Positions 1 to 13,111 of a stretch of DNA of 64,000 nucleotides are shown here, piece by piece. The stretch lies in assembly GCF_006345805.1 (NCBI RefSeq), contig NC_043012.1, forward strand, positions 52,762,001-52,826,000. The letters run 5' to 3'. The translations under genes and the position numbers were made by a program. The notes under the pieces are model-generated. The model was not told the DNA's origin and made no database searches. It saw only the letters and a program-made list of their open reading frames with translations. Every line of letters starts with the position of its first letter. The stretch's first letter is position 1. Source of the DNA: Octopus sinensis (taxonomy: Eukaryota).

Positions 1-214
1 CACACACACACACATAGATACACACACGCACACGTGCGAGTACGCACATATATTTGCAAACAAACACAGCCGAAATTAATACCCCCACACATGCGCACAC
101 GTACGTATCCATACTCCTTGACACAAGGTAGAGCAAATATTCACACACACACATATACACAGACACAAGGCTACACACACAAACATGTACACACTCAAGC
201 ACACAAAGCTCTGT

Positions 215-261
<47 letters not shown>

Positions 262-405
262 TTCTCTCATACATAAATACACACACACACACACACACAC
301 ACGCATACGCATGCACACTCAGATATATGCAAATACATACATGTCCGTATACGTTAACAACGAACGTACACATATACATACAGAAGTATATATATATATA
401 TATAG

Positions 406-459
<54 letters not shown>

Positions 460-460
460 G

Positions 461-493
<33 letters not shown>

Positions 494-520
494 TATATAT
501 ACATATGCATGTATGTGTGT

Positions 521-584
<64 letters not shown>

Positions 585-780
585 GGGCATACATATACAC
601 ATAAAACCACATGTCAAAACATGTACACACGTACACACAAGCACCCACGTACTGCGCACATACAGACAGAAAAGGGCGCACACATATTTACACAGAAATA
701 CACACATAGACGTATATTACACATACTAAGGAATGTTTAAACAACGACACACAAACAGGGGAACACACAAACACACACTC
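1..780. repeat. Compound (CA)n/(CT)n/(TA)n microsatellites
   Basis: Direct inspection. Confidence 0.95.
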
Positions 781-1337
781 AAACACACAGTGATTCCAAC
801 GAACATACGATTTTAATATTCCTGACATGTTGGTTTAAAATTCTTGTCATCGTATTTTATAGCAACCGAATCCGAACAGATAAATTTCATGTGACTTGCC
901 CTGGCTGGCAGTAAATCTTCCAGTACTTGTTCTCAGAGCTGGTTCGCTGCCTGCGTTTAGAGCAACTTGCCCAACCCACTACAACTTATGCACTGAATTA
1001 TACGGTTTGCATTCATATATTTAGTCATTCATTCATTTCCCCCAGTTCTTATAGATTCGTTGTATTTGTTTTGAGGGGAGGGTGTTGGTTGATACCTTCG
1101 ACCCCAGTACTTCGGCGGTGCATTTCTTTAACAAATCCAGAAGAATGAAGGCAAAGTAGACCTCGACTGGATTTTAACCTTGAGCATAAAGAAACAAAAA
1201 CAAATACCGCAGGGCAGTCTGCCAGAAGCTCTAGCGATTTTGTCAATTTACCGTCGTTAGATGAAATGAGTTTGAATATTACACTTTTAATGACTTTAAC
1301 TATAGAGTGAAAGCAAAGACAAAATGAATATTTAATT

Positions 1338-1718
1338 CTTTATTGCCCACAAGGGGCTAAACATAGAGGGGACAAATAAAAACAGACAGATGGATTAAGT
1401 CGATTACATCGACCCCAGTGCGTAACTGGTACTTATTTAATCGCCCCCGAAAGGATGAAAGGCAAAGTTGACCTCGATGGAAATTGAACTCAGAAGATAG
1501 CGACAGAGGAAATACCAATTTCTTTACTACCCACAAGGGGCTAAACACAGAGGGGACAAACAAGGACAGACAAACGGATTAAGTCGATTACATTGACCCC
1601 AGTAACTGGTACTTATTTAATCGACCTCGGCGGAATTTGAACTCAGAACGTAGCGGCAGACGAAATACCGCTAAGAATTTCGCCCGGTGTGCTAACGTTT
1701 CTGCCAGTTCGCCGCCTT
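1338..1718 (-). mobile_element. SINE-B composite array (2 tails)
   Basis: Head GGCGGCGAACTGGCAGAAACGTTAGC; body-plus-tail unit repeated. Confidence 0.8.
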
Positions 1719-2008
1719 AATATGCGTTTCTCCATAAACACTATAGCTTTGATAATATATTAGCAGAAACCGTTGGAATTCCATGTTTCATGAATGTACT
1801 TCTTTAAATTTTGATTCATAATTTTATACGATTTCATAATATTGCCGAATGATCATAAAAATTTCCGCTGTGTTTTCGATGTTGTACTGTTGTCAACATC
1901 ATTAAAAGTGTAGCTGTCGATCTAGTTTCCTTATAGCTCTCTCTTTACTACAGGCACAAGGCCTGAAATTTTTCAGGGTGGCGGCTAGTCGATTACAGCG
2001 ACTCCAGT

Positions 2009-2313
2009 TTATTTGTCCTTCTCGAGCCATGCCTGGCTCGTAAGGGCCGGTTTCCCAGTTTCCTTGGCGTATAGGTTCCCCACCTGGACGGGACGCCGGT
2101 CCGTCGCAGGTGAGCTGCAAGATGCAGGAGGAAAGAGTGAGAGAAAGTTGTGGCGAAAGAGTCAGCAGAAGTTCGCCATTACTTTCTGCCGGAGCTGCGT
2201 GGAGCTTAGGTGTTTCGCTCATAAACACACACATCGCCCGGTCTGAGATTCGAACCCGCGATCCCTCGACCGCGAGTCCGCTGCTCTAACCACTAGGCCA
2301 TGTGCTTCCACAA
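2009..2313 (-). mobile_element. SINE-C (tRNA-derived) with 10-bp TSD
   Basis: Head GGAAGCACATGGCCTAGTGGTTAGAGCAGCGG...GGGTTCGAATCTC; TSD CGACTCCAGT at 1999-2008 and 2314-2323, inside an older SINE-B. Confidence 0.88.
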
Positions 2314-3036
2314 CGACTCCAGTACTCAACTGGTACTTATTTTGTCGACCCTGGAACGATGAAAGGTAAAGTCGACCCCTGCTGAATAATGAACTCAAAC
2401 CATGAAGCTGGAAGGCATCCTGCTATAAATGTCTCCCGACACTCAGACAATTCAGTTAACTCACAGCCTTCTTGTTCGTTTGCTTTTCATATGAAAGTTT
2501 TCAAGGGCAGAAGATCATCAAGCAAGTTGCATGGTGGTATTTGTTCTGGCTCTTTACGTTCCGAGTTCAAACCCTGCTGCAGTCAAATTTGCTTTGCCAG
2601 TGCCTTTAGGTAGTCGCCCAGATTACTTCTTCCGCGAAAATTGCTGTCTTTGTTCCTAAATCAGAAAACATTTGAGTAAATATTTCGATTTTTGCTGCGT
2701 GACTAACGTTAACAAAACTGCAGTAGACAGACTCATGACGTGAGAAGCAAAATGATAGTAATGTAGATGCTGTTACGAGGTAGTAACCAAGTATCTATGC
2801 GATTACTTAACCTTCTAAAAATAGCAGCCAAATATTCCTCGAGTAACAAACTACCATCTGTAAAAGAAAAACATTATATGATGTTGTCCTAGACATACTT
2901 AAGTCTGATTAAAATCAAAGATGGTCAAAGTTAGAATGCCTTTGATCATAGGCTTCTTTAATTAGAGCTTTCGGCTTGTAGCACTTGCATGTACAATAGG
3001 TTTGCAAAACAACATGTATGTGTGTGTGTGTTTGTG

Positions 3037-3078
<42 letters not shown>

Positions 3079-3139
3079 TACATACATACACAAACATAAA
3101 TAAATATATATTCCTTATTCTTTTACTAGTTTGAGCCAG

Positions 3140-3382
<243 letters not shown>

Positions 3383-4369
3383 ACTGTTTCATTGTATGAA
3401 GCAGACTATCGGATGTAGTTATTCACCGCTATTCACAATGCACTTCCTCGCATTGTTGTAGCATCCGATTGATGCCACCTCGCTGGCTAAGCGCACAAAC
3501 CACCACTCTCCTTAAATGGTTCGCTTTTCCGTTGCAGAGTTACCAATTTACTGCTGAGCGGGCTGGAGTGAAATGAAATAAAATATTTTACTCAAGAACA
3601 CAACACAAAGAGGGTTTGGTGGGGTGGATGCAACTATCTTGCGAATGTGAATGCAGCATCGTAACCATTAGGCCAAGCACCTTCACACACGCACGCACAC
3701 GCACACGCACACATGTCTGTCTGTATTTATATATGTATAAATACTCGTACATACATACATACATACATGCATACATACGTACATACGTACGTACATACAT
3801 ACATACATACATACATACATACATACATACATACATACATACATACATACATGTAATTATTGGGGCCCTGCCTAAATACTAATCTTGAGAAATTGGGTTT
3901 CTCAAAACCAGAATGGAGAAAGCTGATTCGAAGACTATAGATCCAAACCATCACTGGAACTGTAAAACTGTAAAACTTTCCAGAAGTGTATCATTTAAAT
4001 ATATATATATATTTCTTTACTGCCCCGAAGGGGCTAAACATAGAGGAGACAAACAAGGACAGACGAAGGGATTGAGTCGATTATATCGCCCCCAGTGCGA
4101 AACTGGTGCTTTATTTATCGACCCCAAAAGGATGAAAGGCAAAGTTAAATATATATAAGCATGTCTCGACATGCAACTACATGCATGAGAATACATACAT
4201 AAAACAAAACGCCCAAATATGCACATAAATGTCAAAATGTATATACACGTAAATGTCAAAATACCTTGTTGATGTATTTAAAATTCCAATGAAGGAACCT
4301 TGTGTTTAGTTAGAAACTGGCCCATTTTGTATTGGAAAAAAATCTTGAAATAAAACTGAATAATGACTT

Positions 4370-4770
4370 AGGCGCAGGAGTGGCTGTGTGGTAAGTAGCT
4401 TGCTTACCAGCTACATGGTTCCGGGTTCAGCCCAACTGCGTGGCACTTTGGGCAAGTGTCTTCTACTATAGCCTCGGGCCACCAAAGCCTTGTGAGTGGA
4501 TTTGGTAGACGGAAACTGAAGGAAGCCCGTCGTATATATATGTATACATATATATGTGTGTATGAGTTTGTGTGTCTGTGTTTGCCTCACCCCCAACATC
4601 ACGTGACAACCGATGATGGTGTGTTTACGTCTCCGTAACTTAGCGGTTCGGCAAAAGAGGCCGATAGAATAAGTTCTAGGCTTACAAAGAATATGTCCTA
4701 GGGGCGATTAGCTCGACTAAAGGCGGTGCTCCAGCATGGCCGCAGTCAAATGACTGAAACAAAAGAGTAT
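4370..4770 (+). mobile_element. SINE-A (tRNA-derived, CORE-like; resembles octopus OR-type SINEs)
   Basis: A-box TGGCTGTGTGGT, B-box GGTTCAGCCC, CORE-like GGGCAAGTGTC, internal TA/TG microsatellite, (AAGAGTA)n-type tail. Confidence 0.85.
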
Positions 4771-4791
4771 ACATACATACATACATACATA

Positions 4792-5090
4792 CTAGGCTTC
4801 TCAAAACCGGAAAGGAGAACGCTAATTCGAATACTGCAGATACAATCCATCACTGGAACTGTAAAAATCTGAAAAAATATCCAGAAATTTAGTATTTAGA
4901 TATATATGACAATGTCTAGATATGCAACTATATGCATGAGAATACAGGCATGAAACAAAACATACAAATCTGCACATACGCATACATACATACATACAAA
5001 AATACCTTGTTACTGATGTTGAAATTCCAATAAAGGAATCTTAGATCTAGGTTAGAAACCGAATCTTTCTCTATTGAGAAAACTGAACAA
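4792..5090 (-). mobile_element. Probable non-autonomous Helitron-like repeat (a related copy lies at ~3895-4340)
   Basis: Minus-strand 3' end TTCTC...GAGAAGCCTAG|T (hairpin plus CTAG); ~300 bp is similar to 3895-4340. Confidence 0.5.
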
Positions 5091-5873
5091 TGATATATAT
5101 ACACACATACACACATACAAGCATACATACATGCATGCATGCATACATGCATGCATGCATACATACATGCATATATACACACATACATATATACATATAT
5201 ACATATATACACACATACACACATACATATATACATACATACATATATACATACATACATATACATACATACATATATACATACATACATATATGCATAC
5301 ATGCATGCATACATACATACATACATACATATATACATACATACATATATACATACATACATATATGCATACATGCATACATACATACATACATACATAC
5401 ATACACTCACACACATACATAAATACATACACACACACATACATACATACATGCATGCCTACATACATACATACATACATACATACATACATACACACAC
5501 ACATACATACATTCATACATTCATACATACATACATACATACATACATACATACATACATACAACATACATACATATATTCTTTGTGCATCATGGATATG
5601 AAAGTAAAATTTATGGATGTGGAGCAAAAAAACCCACCTAAAACAGTTTCTTGTAAATCATTAAATATATTCTATTTATATTTTGGTAGTGCACCCATTA
5701 TCAAGTTAAGATTTAAGGATTTCTTTTCAATTCCCTGGGTTCTTACGTGATGCAATTTTTACTAGTGGTGGTGGTGGTGGTGGTGGTCTTGTTGGCCTTC
5801 ATTGCGATTGGGTTTCTTTTAGTTTTCAAATTGAGATACAATGTTCTCTCACATCTTAAGGTAGCCTATAATA

Positions 5874-5937
<64 letters not shown>

Positions 5938-6957
5938 CATATATATATATATATTCATATATACATATATATATATTCATATATATATGTATGTATATTT
6001 GTATATATATGTAACTATATATATATTCATATATACATATATATATATATATATATAATTATATATATTATATATATATGCACACTTATGTAGATTATTT
6101 ATATGTATATGTGTGCGTGTATGTGCGTGCGTGTGTGAGTGTGAATGTGTTTGAATGTGTGTGTGAATGTGTTTGAATGTGTGTGTGAATGTGTTTGAAT
6201 GTGTTTGTGTGTGTAAATATATGTTAGTAATATATTATTTACTTTCTATTTAAATAATTTCATATTTTTCATAGTATTTCTATGTATTTATTGTACTTTT
6301 ATGCAATTTTCATTTTGTTTTTTGTTAGGTTTTTTTATTTGTCCTTTACTTAGTTTTCTTTCAACTTGAAATATTTGGTCTATGAAATTTTTTTTTCGCT
6401 CTAATGTACATTCAAACACATACCCACACACACATATACACACACACACAGACATATATGTGTATACAGATATAGATACATATATACATATGCATACTCA
6501 CACATATATGAACAGATACGTATATATAGGTAGGTCAGTGTTTATCTGCGTGTGTGTGCGACAATATACATGTGTGTGTGTTTGCGCTCCGTGAACATAA
6601 ATATAACATACATATATAAAATATAGACTTATCTATATGTATAACTAAACAATATACACGTGGATATAAATATATGTATATATATTTATGCGTGTGTGTG
6701 TGTGTGAGTGTGTGTATGTATATATATATATAATATATATATATATATATTATATATATTCATATATATATGTATGTATATTTGTATATATATGTAAACT
6801 ACATATAAATAGTATTTCTTACACGCCCGCGTCTACACACACATATATACATACATATACATACATATATATATATATTATTATATATATATATATATGT
6901 ATGTATGTACATATATATATATATATATATATTCATATATACATATATATATAGTTG

Positions 6958-7005
<48 letters not shown>

Positions 7006-7459
7006 ATATATACATATAAATATATTATATGTAAATATATATTCATATTTTTACTGTTATATATCTTCTTAATGAATGTATTTTTCAATTTCCGTTCCTT
7101 GATCTTTGATTTAAATTTATTTTATTTTCTCTTAAAAGCTCTTTTCTTTTTTTTTGTCCTTCATTCTTTGCTTCAGTGTCATTTCTTTTGTGTACATTTT
7201 TCATGTACTCTTATACAAATTTACGTTCCAACCTTCTGCTTGTAGCCAAGACGCGCTAGAATGCTTAAAAACACGTAGATTATATATATATATATATATA
7301 TATACATATGTATGTTTATGTACATATATGTGTGTATATATATATATGTATATATATGTATGTATGTACATATATATATATATATAGATAGATATATATA
7401 CATTATGTATGTGTATATATATATATATATACATTATGTATGTATGCATATATATATAT

Positions 7460-7503
<44 letters not shown>

Positions 7504-7520
7504 TATGTATGTATGTAAGT
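5090..7520. repeat. (TACA)n, (TA)n and (TG)n low-complexity block
   Basis: Direct inspection. Confidence 0.95.
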
Positions 7521-7603
7521 AAGGTATGATTGGATATATGTATGCATGTAACTATACATACATATATAAGTACAAAGACAGACAGACAGACAGACAGACA
7601 GAA

Positions 7604-7735
<132 letters not shown>

Positions 7736-8651
7736 TCTCGCTTCTGCCATTGGCCTACAGTGACGTATCGCTTAAACTTATAGTTAATAATGTTTTCTAC
7801 TCTAGGCACAAAGCCCGAAATTTCGGGAGAAGAGGCCATTCGTCTCCAGTTTGCAACTGGTACTTAATTTATCGATCCTGAAAGGATAAAAGTCAAAGTC
7901 AACCTCGGCGGAATTGATGCATAAGAACCTTCATGAGATAAATCTCTAACATTCTCTTCAAAAGAATGAATGGCAAATGCCATTTATGTAAATCTATTAC
8001 AGAGGGTACCAGCTAAAATCTGTAGCACGTAATAGGGAAAATAGGCTACTAGCTCTAGATCTTGGTTTGCTGACGCAAGAGGCCGAGAATCTTTAGTTGA
8101 CGAGCTACGGGTAGCTCTCCGATCGTATCTTTTCGATCCTAACACGGTGGAAGTAACTGGCGTCCTGGGACCCAAACATCTGCCTAGTGAGTTTCATTGG
8201 GACAGAGATTGCTCACTGCTTACATGTATCCCGCAATTAGAATGTCTCTTTCATTGCACCTTTTTACGGAGTCACACTATTGCAATTTTGTCATCCGCAG
8301 CAACAATATTTTTGCACGACTCGCTGCAATATATTTACCAAGAAAACTAAAAAATTCAATTTTCAATATAGTGTCAAAGATTTATGTGAAAATAAATAGA
8401 TGTTTGTTATTTAAAGCCATTTATTATATTTACACAAGGTCAGTGTCTGTGAAAGATGTTTATATTCTGTTGAATTTACAGGTACAGGTTATTGATAGTT
8501 ATTTAACAGATGCCGAAATGATATAAGATAGAGGTCGACTGTACTGGAATTTGCAATTAGTTCGTAAAGGTACATGATTATTCTATAGAGTATGAAACGC
8601 TTTTGTTATCCACTAAATTAATATTCTTCAAACAGATGGGTAGATAAATAA

Positions 8652-8727
<76 letters not shown>

Positions 8728-8852
8728 AAGCTTTATGAAAATAGACAAAAGACGAAGGCAGGTTTACGGAATTAAACAAAAGACAAAGGCAGGTGGAATA
8801 CAAACAAACAATTGTATTAGTATGGCGCTCAGGAAATATAAATAAAACAAGT

Positions 8853-8888
8853 CTTTAACGTTTCGAGCCTACGCTCTTCAACAGAAAG
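8853..8888 (-). ncRNA. Minimal hammerhead-like motif (variant core)
   Basis: CUUU CUGUUGA A GAGC GUAG GCUC GAAAC GUU AAAG, inside a repeat (~8725-8930) abutting (TA)n. Confidence 0.55.
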
Positions 8889-9311
8889 ATACACAGAGAA
8901 AAAACACAGAAAGAAGGAGAGAAAAAAATGCGTGCAGAGGCTAGCGAATCGACATGGCGATCTGATTTCGGCCAGAAGTCAAAGATCAAACGTGAGACGC
9001 AAGAGCGAAATTAGGGGAGATAATAGGGTTAAATGACCTCGCTCCAACATAAGAGTGTGTGTGTGTATGAGAAGAGTGTGTGTGTGTGTATGAGAGAGTA
9101 TTAGTGCGTATGAGAGGTCTGGACGTGTGTATGTATATATGATGTGATGTGTAAAGTCGTATGGTGTAATATATATATATATATATCATAATTATTGTTT
9201 GAGAGAATAAAATCCAAACTTACAAGGAAAAAAATTCAATTTAGAAATACTATATCAAATTCACACAATATAATATACATATAAAAAATTGACAAAAGGT
9301 GTTTATTTCTA

Positions 9312-9384
<73 letters not shown>

Positions 9385-9386
<2 letters not shown>

Positions 9387-9548
9387 GCGCAGGAGGGGCT
9401 GGGTGGTAAGTAGCTCGCTTACCAACCACATGGTTCTGGGTTCAATCCCACTGCGTGGCACCTTGAGCAAGTGTCTTCTGCTATAGCCTCGGGCCACCCA
9501 AAGCCTTGTGAGTGGATTTGGTAGACGAAAACTGAAGGAAGCCCGTCG

Positions 9549-9587
<39 letters not shown>

Positions 9588-9781
9588 CTATATGTTTGTG
9601 TTTCTGACAACCGATGCTGGTGTGTTTACGCCCCCGTAACTTAGCGGTTCGGCAAAAGAGACCGATAGAATAAGTACTAGGCTTACAAAAAATAAGTCCT
9701 GGGGTCGATTTGCTCGACTAAATATGGTGCTCCAGCATGGTCGCAGTCAAATGACTGAAACAAATAAAAGAGAGTAAAAGA
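9385..9781 (+). mobile_element. SINE-A (duplicated at 11251-11645)
   Basis: Full-length match to the family. Confidence 0.85.
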
Positions 9782-9939
9782 TGTATATAATAAATTTAGG
9801 CATTTCAAGTAAATAAATTTTGAAAAACCGATAGTTAAAAATATTTAGTTTAATAAACCTACAATGAAGTAGGGTCATATAAAAGCAGAAATATGCTTAT
9901 AAACAACAAATATAGATTTTGTAAGAAGTACAAATAACC

Positions 9940-10222
9940 GACACTCCGAGGAGTGTTCCACTTGATCAGCTCAATGGAACAGCCTGCTCGAGAATTATCG
10001 CTCAAATAGCTAAACACTCCACAGAGATGCGTGCCCTTAACTTAGCCCTCAAGGAGATTCAGCGTGGCACAGAATATAAAGAAGCTTGTCCTTGGCAGTT
10101 GAGCGGATTGGAGCAACGTGAAATAAAATATCTTGTTGAAGGACACAACGCACCGACAGGGAATCGAACTCATGACTTTACGATCGTGAGTCGAATGCCC
10201 TAAACACTAAGCCACGCTCCTT
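9940..10222 (-). mobile_element. tRNA-derived SINE (duplicated at ~11805-12087)
   Basis: Minus-strand head GTGGCTTAGTGTTTAGGGCATTCGACTCACGATCG...GAGTTCGATTCC; body shared with SINE-D. Confidence 0.7.
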
Positions 10223-11175
10223 CACAAAATTACAAGTACCGCTGGCATAGTATGCTTATCGCGAGCATCTTCTATGTCGCCACACAAACAGTGAAAATAT
10301 TTGTTTGTTTTGTCAATACAAAAGGGAAACAAAACTACTGATGTTATAACTTTGATGTCTTTCCCAAGGCAAAAGTGATGATAAATATATTTCGAATGCG
10401 ATACGAAAACACATCGCAGATTCACTGGGAGATTATGGTTTGCATTTCTGTGCTCAAAACAAAAAGTGGATATATTCTATTCCGTACGAGAAGCCCAAGG
10501 TCAATGTATTATTATTTAGTGCTGAGTTCCCCGAATTAGTGATAAGTATGCCTCTGGCCAGCAGAGACTATGATACAATTTCATTTCCCAGTTTCAACTA
10601 TTTCACTCCATATCTGGTGTGTCTGCTTCTTTCTTTTCTGATCCGAAGACTATATAATATTGTTAAATAGAAAGGGTATTTTTTAGCTTAAGTCGTAATT
10701 TTCAATTCTCACTTGAAGTAAACTTCACATACATATCCTCACTGCCGCTTAAATATATAAGGTTTCCTGTGTCTACTCTTTTACTCTTTTAGTTGTTTCA
10801 GTCATTTGACTGTGGCCACGCTGGAGCACCGCCTTTAGTCGATCAAATCGACCGCAGGACTTATTTTTTGTAAGCCTAGTACTTATTCTATCGGTCACTT
10901 TTGCCGAACCGCTAAGTTGCGGGGCCGTAAACACACCAGCGATGTTGTGGGGACAAAGACAAACACATAAACACACACACACACACACACGCACACACAC
11001 ACACACACAGATATATATATTATATATATATATATTATATATATATATATCATAATTATTGTTTGAGAGAATAAAATCCAAACTTACAAGGAAAAAAATT
11101 CAATTTAGAAATACTATATCAAATTCACACAATATAATATACATATAAAAAATTGACAAAAGGTGTTTATTTCTA

Positions 11176-11249
<74 letters not shown>

Positions 11250-11250
11250 A

Positions 11251-11415
11251 AGGCGCAGGAGGGGCTGGGTGGTAAGTAGCTCGCTTACCAACCACATGGT
11301 TCTGGGTTCAATCCCACTGCGTGGCACCTTGAGCAAGTGTCTTCTGCTATAGCCTCGGGCCACCCAAAGCCTTGTGAGTGGATTTGGTAGACGAAAACTG
11401 AAGGAAGCCCGTCGT

Positions 11416-11452
<37 letters not shown>

Positions 11453-11645
11453 CTATATGTTTGTGTTTCTGACAACCGATGCTGGTGTGTTTACGCCCCC
11501 GTAACTTAGCGGTTCGGCAAAAGAGACCGATAGAATAAGTACAGGCTTACAAAAAATAAGTCCTGGGGTCGATTTGCTCGACTAAATATGGTGCTCCAGC
11601 ATGGTCGCAGTCAAATGACTGAAACAAATAAAAGAGAGTAAAAGA
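11251..11645 (+). mobile_element. SINE-A (duplicate copy)
   Basis: Near-identical to 9385-9781. Confidence 0.85.
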
Positions 11646-12639
11646 TGTATATAATAAATTTAGGCATTTCAAGTAAATAAATTTTGAAAAACCGATAGTT
11701 AAAAATATTTAGTTTAATAAACCTACAATGAAGTAGGGTCATATAAAAGCAGAAATATGCTTATAAACAACAAATATAGATTTTGTAAGAAGTACAAATA
11801 ACCGACACTCCGAGGAGTGTTCCACTTGATCAGCTCAATGGAACAGCCTGCTCGAGAAATTATCGCTCAAATAGCTAAACACTCCACAGAGATGCGTGCC
11901 CTTAACTTAGCCCTCAAGGAGATTCAGCGTGGCACAGAATATAAAGAAGCTTGTCCTTGGCAGTTGAGCGGATTGGAGCAACGTGAAATAAAATATCTTG
12001 TTGAAGGACACAACGCACCGACAGGGAATCGAACTCATGACTTTACGATCGTGAGTCGAATGCCCTAAACACTAAGCCACGCTCCTTCACAAAATTACAA
12101 GTACCGCTGGCATAGTATGCTTATCGCGAGCATCTTCTATGTCGCCACACAAACAGTGAAAATATTTGTTTGTTTTGTCAATACAAAAGGGAAACAAAAC
12201 TACTGATGTTATAACTTTGATGTCTTTCCCAAGGCAAAAGTGATGATAAATATATTTCGAATGCGATACGAAAACACATCGCAGATTCACTGGGAGATTA
12301 TGGTTTGCATTTCTGTGCTCAAAACAAAAAGTGGATATATTCTATTCCGTACGAGAAGCCCAAGGTCAATGTATTATTATTTAGTGCTGAGTTCCCCGAA
12401 TTAGTGATAAGTATGCCTCTGGCCAGCAGAGACTATGATACAATTTCATTTCCCAGTTTCAACTATTTCACTCCATATCTGGTGTGTCTGCTTCTTTCTT
12501 TTCTGATCCGAAGACTATATAATATTGTTAAATAGAAAGGGTATTTTTTAGCTTAAGTCGTAATTTTCAATTCTCACTTGAAGTAAACTTCACATACATA
12601 TCCTCACTGCCGCTTAAATATATAAGGTTTCCTGTGTCT

Positions 12640-12880
12640 ACTCTTTTACTCTTTTAGTTGTTTCAGTCATTTGACTGTGGCCACGCTGGAGCACCGCCTT
12701 TAGTCGATCAAATCGACCGCAGGACTTATTTTTTGTAAGCCTAGTACTTATTCTATCGGTCACTTTTGCCGAACCGCTAAGTTGCGGGGCCGGCCGTAAA
12801 CACACCAGCGATGTTGTGGGGACAAAGACAAACACATAAACACACACACACACACACACACGCACACACACACACACACA

Positions 12881-12940
<60 letters not shown>

Positions 12941-13111
12941 GTATGTACGACGGGCTTCTTTCAATTTCCGTCTACCAAATCCATTCACAAGGCTTTGGTT
13001 GGCCTGAGGCTATAGTAGAAGACACTTGCCTAATGTGCCACGCAGTGGGAATGAACTCGGAACCATATGGTTGGTAAGCAAGCTACTTACCACACAGCCA
13101 CTCCAGCGCCT
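12640..13111 (-). mobile_element. SINE-A, full length (its 3' half is duplicated at ~10775-11030)
   Basis: Reverse-complement match to the family. Confidence 0.85.

Larger units (their letters stand above)
9187..12900. repeat. Tandem duplication of a ~1865-bp unit
   Basis: Identical ORFs at a 1865 offset (10222/12087, 10440/12305); the junction lies in (TA)n at ~11020-11050. Confidence 0.9.

Noticed and set aside
10222-12535. Identical ORF pairs (10222/12087, 10440/12305) as duplicated genes
   Set aside because: They are a by-product of the 1.86-kb duplication, with no coding signature.
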